DNA from: Ginglymostoma cirratum
Taxonomy: Eukaryota
Length of the DNA stretch: 64,000 nucleotides
Reading direction: 5' to 3'
NCBI GenBank assembly: GCA_024137785.1
Contig: JAHRHZ010000002.1
Coordinates: forward strand, 6,266,451 to 6,330,450
The position numbers and the translations under genes are program-made. The notes below the pieces were generated by a model. The model was not told the DNA's origin, searched no databases, and worked only from the letters and a program-made list of their open reading frames with translations. Within the stretch, counting starts at the first letter, position 1, and each line of letters starts with the position of its first letter. Shown in pieces: positions 22,615-34,901 of the stretch.

Positions 22615-25600
22615 AGATAGCAATGTGACTCTAATTTTATCCTTAATGAGATGCTGAGAGACAATTTGGTATGTAGGATTAATGATGTAACCATGCAAAC
22701 ACGCTTATTAGCTGAATCCCAACTGGACTACTAACAGGCACTACTGGATTTATCATTGGAAAATGGGGCAAGTGGAGCATATGATGTGCAGGGTATTCCA
22801 ATGGAAGTGGACTCCTTGTTAGTCTGACCCAGCGTGAGGAATACCACTTGAGTAACAGCCTCACTCAGGACATATCCTGAACAGGGGGACCCTAGGTCAG
22901 CCCACAGCAAACCCCTAAACAAATCCCAGCCTTGGCCAAATGGTTAAATTTTTCTTCTAGATCGTGGTTGGCAAACTGTTGTAGTTGTTGCTGTTATGTA
23001 GACTTGATACAGCAAAATAGCCTCCCTCAACATAAACTGAGAAAGAGAACTCATAGGCCGGTATGCAGGAGAATGCACACCATGGAAAGGCCAACTACGT
23101 CTGATTTGGAACAGTTAAATTGCTTAGCAATTTAAATGGGTCTAAATTAGAACCAATCAAAATAAACACCTGGTTAAATGCTCACCCAGTTCTAATGGAG
23201 ATTGATTCTGGTATGGCCATTTCAGTGATTGTAAAACCAGTTTATAACAAAACTGGACTCCAAACCTTAAGTTTGTGTCAGACCTCGGCCATACCGTGGA
23301 ACATGTATAGATTAAGGGTACAACTTTGGTTCCAGTCTCATACGAAGAAGCAGCTGGTTCAGGTACCACTGACTGTCGTAAAAAGCTCAGGTCCAAGCTT
23401 GATGGAGAAAAATTGGTTGAAAAAGATTCACCTAGATTGGATCAACATTTTTCAACTATAAAATAGTTCCTTGAGTGAAGTCCTACCTGGAAGGTTTTCA
23501 GGACGGTCTAGGGACTATCAAAGGAGTCAAGGCCATCTTGTATGTTGACCAGGAAGCAATTTCACAATTCTGCAAAGCCCACTCAGAAGGCTGGAAAGTG
23601 AAGGAATCATCAAACCAGTCCAGTCTGAAGAACGGTCAGCATTAGTTGTACCGATTGTGATCCTCAACAGGTCAGTTCACCTTTGTGGGAATTTTGAACA
23701 AATGGTAAACTGCTTTTCACAGCTGGATAAATACCCAGTTCTTTGCATAGAGGATTTGTATGCAAAGCTGTCAGGGTGGCTGTCTTTCATGAAGCTGCAC
23801 ATGAGCCACATGTACTTGCAATTGAGGTTAGATGAGGATTCCCAAAAGATTGTTACAATTCATACCCAGAAGGGTTTGTACCAATATATGGCGCTGCCTT
23901 TTGAGGTATTGTCAGCTTGTGCAACTTTTCGGCGGACGATAAAAAACATTTTTAAAGGTCTATCCGAGGTCGCTATTTATCCAATAACGGGGAAGATCAA
24001 TAAGGAGAATTTATAGAGAACTTGGATATAGTCCTCAGGTGTTTTTCTGAGGTGAGTGTACACTCTAATAGGGAAAAAAAACATATGTTCCAGGCACCCC
24101 AAGTGCCTCAGGCTACAGAGTCGACAAGGCCAGGTTATACCCATTGGAAAATAAAAAAATAAGGATGATCAAAGATGCCCCAGCTCCCATCTTAGTACCA
24201 GAGATTAGGTCTTTCCTTGAGCTGGTAAATTATTATGGAAACTTGACACTTAACCTGGCACTTTCACTTCAACTCTTAAGAAAGAGACAGCCTTGGAAAT
24301 TGTTGGGTAACCAAGCCATAGCTTTCAGGGAAGTGAAGAAACAGCTATCATTCCATAAGATGTTGGCACACTGTGATCCGAAGCAAGATCTGGTATTGAC
24401 ATGTGATACCTCTCCATACAGCAGCAGGATAGATGCAGAACGTAAATATACTCAGATAGAGAAGGAAGGTTTGGTGGTCAAATTACGAGTCATCAAGTTC
24501 CACAAATACCTTTATGGTTGTAAATTTTTAACAATAGCAGACCACAAACCCTGCTAGATCTATGTAAAGAGGTTGTACCACCTATAACTTCAGTCCGAAT
24601 TCACCTGTGGGCTCTTATGCTAAATGTATATAATTAAAAGTTGGAACACCATCAGGGAGGCCAAGCAGCAAATGTGGATGCATTGAGCCACCTCCCTCTG
24701 GCGGATGTACCACTGGTGCTACTTCCACTGGAATAGTCCACAATATTTTTCAATTTTCTGGATACACTTCCAGTTACAGCGGACAATTTGAGATTTTGGA
24801 CACAAAAAGAACTGGTCCTGGCAAAACTGAAATAACCGGTGGTGATGAGAGAATCCAAAGGGCCATCACAACCAGAACTGAAACCTCTGTTCCTTGGAGA
24901 GACCAGATCATAATAGAGGATGGTATATAATTGTGAACAGCAAGAACGATTGTCGTGAGTATTGGTTGCTGCCAGATTGTGTCTGAACATCACAAGGATT
25001 ATCCAGGGATTTCCAAAATGACGATATCGTTGAGACTCTCTGTCTCGTGGCCAGGATTGGATGCAGACATAGCAGTATCAGCGAGGCAGTATCCAGAGTG
25101 TCAGCAAGGACAAAACCCACTGCCAGCAGCTTCCCCACATTTGTGAGAACGGCTGGATAGGCCCTGGACTTGGTCCCACATCGACTATGCTGGTTATTTC
25201 ATTGTCTCATTGTTCTTAGTCAATGTGGATGTCCACTCAAAATGGTTGGAAGTGCACATAGTTCATTCGTCAAAAATGGGAGCGATGATAGAAAAACCAT
25301 GCATATTTTGCAATACATGGAATACCAGAAGTGTTGATCAAAGATAACAGGCTGTCATGTACCAGCAGTGAACCTCAGCATTTCTTAAAATTGAATGGTA
25401 TTTTCCATGAGGAAAGCTCCATACCATTCATCATCAAATGGTCTGGCTAAAAAGGCAGTCCAAACTTTTGAGGCAGACTTAAATTAACAGTCTATTGCTT
25501 TACTAGATATCAAACTGCCCTGTTTCCTAATTGATTTTAGGACTGCACTAATGCAACTATAATGATAGCTCCAGCAGAGTTGCTAATGGGGACAAGACTC

Positions 25601-26387
25601 TGCACTCGGTTAAAAATATGATGTCCCTGAACCTTTTTGGAGGAGTAGGGGGCAGGGTGAAATGGCATTACGAATGCCAATGTCAGACACAAATCCCACT
25701 AAGTGACAGAAACAGTTTATTCAGGGGACGAAATTTGATATGGGAACCTCAGGAGTGGCCCTGCATGGGTAAGAGGCACGGTCGATGTGAAGTCAGGTCC
25801 AGGGATGCATAAAGTTCAGGTATGTGTGACGGTCCTGATCAAGCATATCGACCACATGAAAGCTACAAACTCACAAGTGGCGCAGGAACAATGTGCCCAG
25901 CTCTCTGACTGCTTTTTCAAATGTCCCAGAACCCGTGGTTTCTTCCTCTCCATTAAGCATTGAAGATATCTGTTATCTGACTGGACACAGTGGATGTCGC
26001 CACCTCAATGCCTTTGTCATCTGAAGAGGAGAATGAATTTCTTACGAGATGCTCCGGCTGCAAGAGGCGAGTTAATATGCATTCCTGCCATCCATATCAG
26101 AGGCAGAGTTAGAGGAATCTGACCCAGTGCAAAAACACCCCAGAGAAGGGGAGGATGCAGTGATTGCAATGAGGTCAACCAGGTGGATCTCACAGAATAC
26201 GATTCTCTTATTGGGGCTGTTAAACTGATCCAATCATGGAGCCCTGGCTGACAGATATTAACTGGAGTGTCAGAGAATCTGTTCACAGAGAGCTGGCTCT
26301 GTGGGAGCTAGATCCATGTCAATGGCTCTCCACATGTATATGAAGGGTGACTTTGTGATGGGATACTGCAGTCTGTGGAGTTATTTA
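22615..26387 (+). mobile_element. Degenerate Gypsy LTR retrotransposon (gag end, PR-RT-RH-IN, PPT, 3' LTR 26156-26387)
   Basis: PR MEIDSG; RT KGLYQYMALPF; RH LTCDTSPY...YTQIEKEGL; IN HKDYPGISKM...WPGLDADI...C and HIDYAG. PPT AGAGAAGGGGAGGA at 26142-26155 is followed by TG. The 5' LTR is missing. Confidence 0.9.
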
Positions 26388-27099
26388 GTGTCCCTTCATT
26401 CTTGTTTGAATATATCATGAATGGGCCACTAGTAATCTTTAAAGAATCTTGTTTTCCTTTCTGAAAATAGAATTCTATAAAAAGAATGATTAAGTTCTGC
26501 TTATGTACTGCTTGCATGTACGGTGGAGGCTCCAAGTGATATGGGAGCTGGATTATTACCTGAAAAGTGAGCAAGTGTACAGAGGGAAGGTGGGAGAATA
26601 GCATGAGGACATGGTCTTTTGAAGTTCTGTGCTGACATGTCAGACTTAATGGTCTCCTTCTGTGATGTAACAGTTCTGTGATTCTGAGATATCAGTATTT
26701 TACTCCTTGCACCCAGAGCATTTGCATTCCTCTTAAATATTTTCTTATAAATGATGCTGAAGTCTTTTCACCTCAAGTCATTAGTTTCAATGAAACAAAT
26801 CCATTCTACATGTATAGAACTTGAACAAGCCATTTTGTAGCCTAAGAAGTTGCTTTTCTGTGGGTATTGTCCAAATAGTCTTTATTTGTGAAAGCAAAAC
26901 AATTTTGAATGCTTTGTAAGAACCAAAAGAACTACTTAACACATTAGGTATCAATAATTTCTTCTTACTTCACCTAACTTAACAGCAACTTTAATTCCAT
27001 TTAACTTAATATGTACTTAACTCTTATAGAAATAAATTACAAATTTGTTTGACCTGAAACAAATGTCACCTCAATTCAAATGAAGCAGTCAACTTTTGC

Positions 27100-27484
27100 T
27101 CTTGACATGGATCTCGTCTTGTGATGCTTTGTCGCTAAAGATAACTTCAGGGCACACATGTGGTGAATGTGGGTCTCCAGTGTTACTAAGGAAAAAGTTC
27201 TGGGCTGTTAACTTCATTGCAAATTTCACTGCAACAAATGATCTAGGTCTTGCAACATCACAAGCTCACGAATACTCAGTCCACTTCAGCAATTTCTTAT
27301 TCAGATATTGCTCAACCAAGCTTTACCAATCAATGGGAATGGGAATCTCTCGGAATTTAATCTGTCCTGTTAACTTGTGTGTTTTGCAACTGGAAAGCTG
27401 CCTTTTCTTCACTGACAGTATCAAGTTTCCATTTGAGCTCTGCATTTTCTGATCTCAACTCACGTATCTCAGCATTGCCCTGCT

Positions 27485-27515
<31 letters not shown>

Positions 27516-28525
27516 TTCACATGCTAAGTTTGTGCGAAAAGTCAAATTCCTTTCAGCCGTTTTCTTACAGACTTCTTGACCGACTAACAGATAATCTGGT
27601 TTGCTGGAACTTGAAATATCACAAGCTTCTCAATACTCTGTCCACTTCGGAAATTTCTTATTCAAGTTTTTCTTAAAAAAGCTCTCCCATTCACATTTAT
27701 TGTCTGCCATGATTTCAAAGCTAAGTTCCAATGCCAAATTTAATAGCACAAAAATTTAAATGTTATGATTAAATCGAAAAATCCTTGCTTCTACCCACAC
27801 TGTCAAATCCTGGCTGTCATGTGGGGCAGTTTCTCTCTTACTCAGGCTCAGGCTGTATTTCTGAAAATAAAAGACTGGTAGGTTCCACTTCGGAGCAACA
27901 TAAAGTCACCTCTTATCAAAGATGCCTCCATCCAGAGGCATCAATTATTGTGGAAAAATTGGCACAAGTTACCTTTAGGTTCAGCTACTTAAGAATTCAC
28001 ACAAACAAATACTGAAACAATGATTTTAAAACTTTATTGCATGTAGCAACCAAAATTCAACCCCCTCAAGTAAACAAGTTAAGTCTCACAACTCAACTTA
28101 CTTATTAACTGATTAACAGTTGAATTTAGCTACAATTCCAACCAACAGAGCCTGTTTCTGGGTGTGCCTTGAGTTTTGAAGCGAGCAGTGTTGCTATCCA
28201 AAATGCTGCTAATGAAGGGCTCTGGCGTTGGATTCTTGTACAGAGTTTTGCCCTTCAGTACATGACGTGCTTTAACTAACAGTTGCCCTTGTGGCATAAA
28301 GCAGCTATTTATCAAGCAGTTGTTAACAGTATTGTTCATGTAGCTTCAATGCCACCTACTCCCATAAGTGGCTAATTGCTTTCAATTCCTGTATAACTTT
28401 GCCCTTGTCCTTTAAGAACCTATTCCAGACAGTTATTACTACTTCCTTCTGTGTTTAATAGTTTATCTTTGCTAATTCTTTCAATCCATAACTAGCTACT
28501 GGGTTCTGAAGTTTGTAATATCACA
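27100..28525 (-). mobile_element. Probable LTR (27815-28525) plus gag-like 5' remnant of an unclassified LTR element
   Basis: TGTGA...ACA termini on the minus strand with an internal AATAAA. It is followed by a broken ORF MADNKCEWESFFKK...LQQGNAEIRELRSENAELKWKL with coiled-coil character. Confidence 0.45.
27487..27514. repeat. (CA)n microsatellite
   Basis: Directly visible. Confidence 0.95.
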
Positions 28526-30064
28526 ACCCTATAACACTGTATTCACCTTGGTGTGCTTCTCTATGAATCAGTTGCACATCTACAAATATACTGACCTATC
28601 ATTATATCTATACTTGAGTGTATATATTGCTTTGTCCACTAGTGAGTGTGAGCACGTGTACATTTATTTATCCAACATTTTCTGCAAGTGTGTACACATC
28701 CATCTCTATCCATCAATTTACAATGTGTGAAATGCAAACATACTGGCGTCATATTAAAAATTAAAATGACATTCACCTGAGCTTCCTCACAGCAGGAATG
28801 AAGGCCAGATGATTAAAAAAAACTGAACTTCCAGTTGCGGATGTTCTTGTCATGAATTAGAGCGAGAATAGTCTGGTCAGCTCACGTGGTTCGAGTGTCT
28901 GATGAACAAATGGTCTTTCTGGAGCATTTTGGGGTCAACTAAAAGCGTTGTGAAGTCTGTTTAAAAGCATCTGAAACAATGCAAGCTGTACCTCGGTATT
29001 TGGAAATGCATTGTTCAAGATTCGAAATTATGAGAGCAAAAATCAGCTGTGAAGAGGTCTCCAACTGTGAAGCTGTTCACATTGCAAACAGCTGTTCAAC
29101 ATTTACATTAAGCAGCACCAAAGTCTGGTTTGAAACATCAGGATCCCAAATTGCAGGAACTGGAATCCCTTGTTCAATCAATGGAAGCACAATCCCAGGT
29201 AATGATCAAACCAGAGATCCAACCCATCGGCTACTCCATGGTTAGAAGATCAACACTTCACTTGCTGAGTCATGAAGGACAGCGACATCAGAAGCTGAGA
29301 AAATAAAAATAAAAAAAAAGGGTGAGGTATTGAAAAATCAACCATGCCCAGGATTTATTCACTTCTCAGCATTAACTAACCAGATTCAAAAATGACGATT
29401 GTGAAGAGAATACAGACTAGAAAAACAAAAAAGAGGGGCCAGTCCAAATTGGTACAGTCTCAATCAGTGACTCCAACGCTTGAGAAGTCAGGAAATAGAC
29501 ATTGCACCTATTGTATTCAATAGAACTGACTGATATTCTCTGGAATTGAGAAGAATGTAAGGTAATCCCATTGACAGGTAAACAAGTCTGAAGATTCGAG
29601 AGATGACATGAGTTGCATCTTGGCTACAGAGTCGAGAACTAGGGTACAAGTTCATCCAGTTAGAACTGAGCTGAGGAGAAACTTCTTCACTGAAGATTAT
29701 TAACCATTGGAGTGTTCGCACCCACAGCACTCACTCATCGAGTATATGAAAAATGGGGATTGGTACATTCTGAATCGTAACAACAGCAGATAGAAGACAG
29801 TCAGCTCAACTCTATGTCGATTCTTTGTGAAGCAATCCAGTCAGTTTCACTCGCCATTCTTTAACCTCATAACCTTGCAATCATATTTATTTCCAGTGCA
29901 TATCCAATTTTAATTGGAAATTGCTGCTTATTTTTACTTCCATCTCTCTAGTAAGGAGGAGTGAGTTGAGAGTTATTACACTCACTGTGCAAAAGAAAAA
30001 AGTCTTCTCAACTCCCTTCTTTCTCTTAGCCAAAATCTTAAACTTGCGGCCCCACCTTCCACCT

Positions 30065-30398
30065 AGAAGCATAGAGGGATTCTATGTGGAAGCAGCCCAT
30101 TTGGCCCATCGAATCCACAGGACCCTTCTGAATAGCATCCCACCCAGGTCCACCCTCCCTCCCTCCCTATCCTGTACCACAGCATTTCCCATAGCTAATC
30201 CACCTAGCGTGCACATTCCTGGACCATGCACCTAGCCACACGTATTTCGACTGTGGGAGGAAACAGGAGCACCCAGAGAAAACCCCCACAGTCACAGGGC
30301 GAACATGTAAACTCCACACAGACAGATGCCCAAAGCTGGAATAGAATCTGGGTCCCCAGTGCTGCAAGGCAGCAGTGCTAACCACTGAGCTACTGTAC
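30065..30398 (-). mobile_element. HE1-type SINE
   Basis: gcagcagtgctaaccactgagc head (reverse complement) and HE1 core. Confidence 0.88.
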
Positions 30399-32429
30399 TA
30401 CCCTGCTCCTTGTACTAACCAGTAATGAGCTCCTTGTCCTTCTATAACATACGTAATCCTATCACAATCTTGTGCACCTCTATTAAAGCCCTCCTCAGTC
30501 TCCACTGCTCCAAAGAGGAAATAGCCCACCTTCTCAAATTTAAACTTGCGGATAAAGCCTTTCATCCCTACAACCATTCTTGCAAATTTCCTCTGCAATC
30601 TCAAAGACCCTGAGTTACTTTGTGGAAAGGTGATCTGGAAGCAATATTACAGTTGTGACATATGAATTGGAGCAGGGGTAGACCACTCTGCCCATTGTGG
30701 CTGCTCCGCCACTCACTAAGCTAGTGACTGATCCAACTGCAACCACAAATTCATATTCCTGCCTACCAATCAAAACATTTCACTCTCTCATTTAGTGAGA
30801 ATCTACCTATCTGCATACCCCTGCCTTAAAAATATTCACAGACTCAACTTCAAACTCCAGGATCCTATTATGAGTACCTGAGAGTTCCAAAGGCTTATAA
30901 TCCTCAAAAGGAAAGAACAGCCTAATCTGTTTTTAATTGAGTGACCACTAGTTTTCTTTTTACAGAAAACCTCAACTTCTAGATTCTCCCTGAAGAAACA
31001 TTTGCTCTACATCTACCCTGTCAAGACCTCTCAGGGTTCTATGTTTCAATCAAGTGAACTAATCACATTTTATAAAGATTTAGTTAGCATAGATTCTCTG
31101 CAATATCTATATTTACGACAACCAAGTTTCCACATGCCTTGCTCACCACTCTCAGTCTTGCATGTTAATGTCAAGAATCAAAATGTATGTGTTTCCAGGT
31201 CTGCCATCCTCAGAATTAGTGCTCAGAATTATGCCATTACATTTACGTTTTCTCTTTGTCTCTTTTTCCAATCGTGTCAACTCAGACTTCTCTGCATTAC
31301 ATTCCAAATGCCACTTGTCTAGCCATTAGCTACTCTATGCCCCATTGCAGTTAGTTCGTGTAATTCTTATTGCATTTATCACTTCTCCAAAATTAGTATC
31401 GGTGGCAAATTTTTAAATTTCAACTTGCATTATCATATTCAAGTTATTTATATAGGTCACAAAAAAAGTGACGGTGGAGTTACTGACCCTTAGGGAGCAG
31501 CACTATCACCCTCAAGTCTGAAAAATAACCATTAAGAATGAGTCAATGTTTTCTGAACTGAAAATAATTTTCTATCCAAGCTGACACCAGCCTTCCTATT
31601 CCACTAGTCTAAATTTTGTTAAACAGCCCTTTATGTCGTACTTTTTCAAGCGTTTCTTAAAATTCTTTCCATCCTTTTCCCTTCACCAAATTTAACTGTT
31701 TTTTCAACGGAATATTGAATTGAAATGGTCAGTGATTATCTGTGTTTTACTCATCAATGCCGGCTTTCCTTAATGAAGTCAAACCTCAGCAAATCCTTGT
31801 TTTTATTTTCCCATTCACACAATCTTCAAACAAGCTGTACCTTCAGTCATTTGCTGTAAGCTGTTGTTTAAGTCACCCTTGGCAAATCTGCAGAAGCAAA
31901 ATAATGTCAGTTAGAATGGGAGATAACCCATTAACAGAGAATGAGAACAAAGCAAGTGTGTTTGAATGTAGAGTATGAAATAAATGCAGCAGATCAGGAG
32001 ATAGAAATAAACTTTTGAAGCCTACAATAATCTTTTTAAAAAAAAAAGGATAGGCTTATGCACTAAGTACAAACCGTTAGTGGTCACCATTTTAAAATAT
32101 AAGTAACAACCATAACCTGATATTTCATTTTAAGTTATATGTAGTTGGGTTTACTGAATGAACTAACAATACAACAAGATACAACACAACCAGTCAAAAC
32201 ATTTTAGAACCATCAAATTCATTGCCGTCAGCATCTGATACACAGGTGATAAAATGCATTCGGAGTTATTTTCAGCTATGACATCACTGCAATGTCCGGT
32301 AACAGGAATTTCATGTGCTACCCACAATACGTCTCAACAATACCTAGGCAGAAACACTATATGATGAACAACCATCTACTGTTCGTCTTCTGGGCTCGGA
32401 GAACTTTTCCACCTTCTCAGCAGAATTCC

Positions 32430-34410
32430 ATATTGAAAACAACAAAACTCTAGATCTCCTTTGCATGAAATTGCTCAACTCTGAAATCAGTTTGTTGAGC
32501 CTCAATAAAGACAACTTAAAAATGTTTCCCCGCTACTTCATTCACCTCTTGTGAACTCTCTGCGAGGTTTACATTCAATCTCATAACTGTAGTTAAAGTT
32601 ATAATTTGACCTGGAGGTTCTTTTATAAGCTCATTTCTTGGACACATTCCTAAGAACTTCAATAAGGCCTGAAAATACATCCACACAAATTTCAACATTC
32701 TGATTGAAGATGTCACTTTGACCTTTGATACTCAATTCCACCCCCAGCATATTAAAGTTTGAGGAAACATTGCCGAGTCATTCCCAATTGTTTCTTCTTT
32801 GTCTGGCTATATGCCTTCCTTTTACTCTCCTACCTTATATCCTTTTTGATTTTATGGAGTGGGGGAAACCATAAGATTCAAGAGTAGAATTAGACCATTT
32901 AGCCCATCAAGTCTGCTCCACCATTTGACCACAGCTGATTGGAGAACAGGAAAATGATCTAGATTTGTGGATCACCTCAATCATCAGCTAGCTCACTGCC
33001 TGTTTAGCTGTTGCAACATAAATTCTACCAATTGGACTGTTCAATTCATCTGTGTGAATAATTTCCCCAAGAGCTTCAGCTCTTGATTCCTGTAGACAAG
33101 TGAAAATTGCTTGGCTTTACTCTTTCAAATTGAATTTGGGTCTGCCTAATATGTTTCCTCAAGTTTCAAAACTTCTGCATTTATGCTTTAGCAACTTATA
33201 TCCACCGAGAATAAGCATTTAAAAAAAATGTCATAATCCACCGAAAACTTTCCCAGAAGGATGCCTATGTCTCATGAGCTCTATCCGTCCAGATGCTCTG
33301 CAAGGTCAATAATCAAATTTACCTCCAGCCACTTCATTTGGAGTACTTTTTCCAACCAGTATAAGGAATATCTCCACATCTTTTTTCTGAAATTTTGATA
33401 GGAATTGTACAAATTTAAAAAAAAAAAACAAACTTTCCCTTCCTGGGCTTTGGGTTATGGCCAATGTATTTTTTTCTCATCAGAATCATCTTTTTCAATA
33501 GCAGCAGTTATTGGCAGTCCCTCTCATTTCTTTTGAAGTTTTGCAATTCTAATTCAAGCCTCTCTCTTTTTTTCTTTTGCCTTCTGTCTGAAGTCAAAAT
33601 TCAAGCCTTTTCATTTCCATTTACCTTTCCATCATTTCCTTGGACCAGTAACTGGTCTTTCTCCCATTTCTATTACTCCTTAGTGCTGTGGTAATATTTC
33701 AATCATCTGACTTCTTGGCTTTTGCAGGAAATCTCACCTTTCACTCCTTTGCCAATTATCTAAATCTTGTAAACCAGTCAGGGATACCCTATCCATCTTT
33801 GAAAGAGAGTTTCAGCTACTTCAAAGAACATCTTAATTTTTTAGTAAGAGAAACCCAGTATGTGTCCTTTTGTACTTTACAAATTACTATTACTCAATGT
33901 CCAATTTCATGCTATCTGCATCCAATCCCTACACTGAGCCCCAAACTTTGTTACGATTCGGACATAAGGAGTGCACTGGTAATTAACCCCACCACCTCAC
34001 AAACTGTTCAAAAAGTGCAAATGTTTCATTTTTACCAATGTTGTCAAGTTGTTTATTTTTATTTTTGTTATCTACAACTAAATACTGCCCTAGGTTTCTT
34101 CAGTAAGCTCAATAATAGCTTGTTTAATAAAAATTTAATTTAAACAAGTGGCAAAACTGGTTATCAACTATAGTATGTGAAGACAAATAATATTCCCTTA
34201 ATCCCAAACATACATCAACACAGAGAGCACAAGAACTCTGCAGAGATATTATGGGTTTGAAAATAAAGGGAAGAAAGCAGCCACATCACTGTCAGACATG
34301 GGTGCAAGTTTAGAAGATTCAATGGGTTCAATTGTCAGTTCCTTTGATGCCTGTCAAAAAGCTCCAGTTGCTGAGAGTCTCAGAATTTTGGAAAACACTT
34401 GGTGGTCCTG
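32430..34410 (-). mobile_element. Gmr1-like Gypsy 5' remnant: LTR (from 33949), PBS, gag
   Basis: The LTR end CGTAACA is followed by TTGGGGCTCAGTGTAGGGAT (33944-33925), a degenerate match to the tRNA-Pro PBS TGGGGGCTCGTCCGGGAT. Gag fragments EKVLQMKWLE, LQSIWTDRAHE and NLRKHIRQTQIQFERVKPSNF. Confidence 0.7.
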
Positions 34411-34458
34411 ATATTTATACAGTCGTACAGCATGAAAACAGACCCTTCAATTCAACGA

Positions 34459-34501
34459 AATAACAAGGTGTAGAGCTGGATGAACACAGCAGGCCAAGCA
34501 G
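34459..34501 (-). mobile_element. PLE pseudo-LTR end abutting a gap
   Basis: ataacaaggtgtagagctggatgaacacagcaggccaagc, identical to the arm at 15524-15563. Confidence 0.8.
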
Positions 34502-34901
34502 NNNNNNNNNNNNNNNNNNNNNNNNNNNNNNNNNNNNNNNNNNNNNNNNNNNNNNNNNNNNNNNNNNNNNNNNNNNNNNNNNNNNNNNNNNNNNNNNNNN
34601 NNNNNNNNNNNNNNNNNNNNNNNNNNNNNNNNNNNNNNNNNNNNNNNNNNNNNNNNNNNNNNNNNNNNNNNNNNNNNNNNNNNNNNNNNNNNNNNNNNNN
34701 NNNNNNNNNNNNNNNNNNNNNNNNNNNNNNNNNNNNNNNNNNNNNNNNNNNNNNNNNNNNNNNNNNNNNNNNNNNNNNNNNNNNNNNNNNNNNNNNNNNN
34801 NNNNNNNNNNNNNNNNNNNNNNNNNNNNNNNNNNNNNNNNNNNNNNNNNNNNNNNNNNNNNNNNNNNNNNNNNNNNNNNNNNNNNNNNNNNNNNNNNNNN
34901 N
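34502..34901. other. Assembly gap (400 N)
   Basis: Run of N. Confidence 1.

Noticed and set aside
22615-26387. Domesticated or active Gypsy pol
   Set aside because: Many stops and frameshifts, the YxDD catalytic motif is lost, and there is no 5' LTR.
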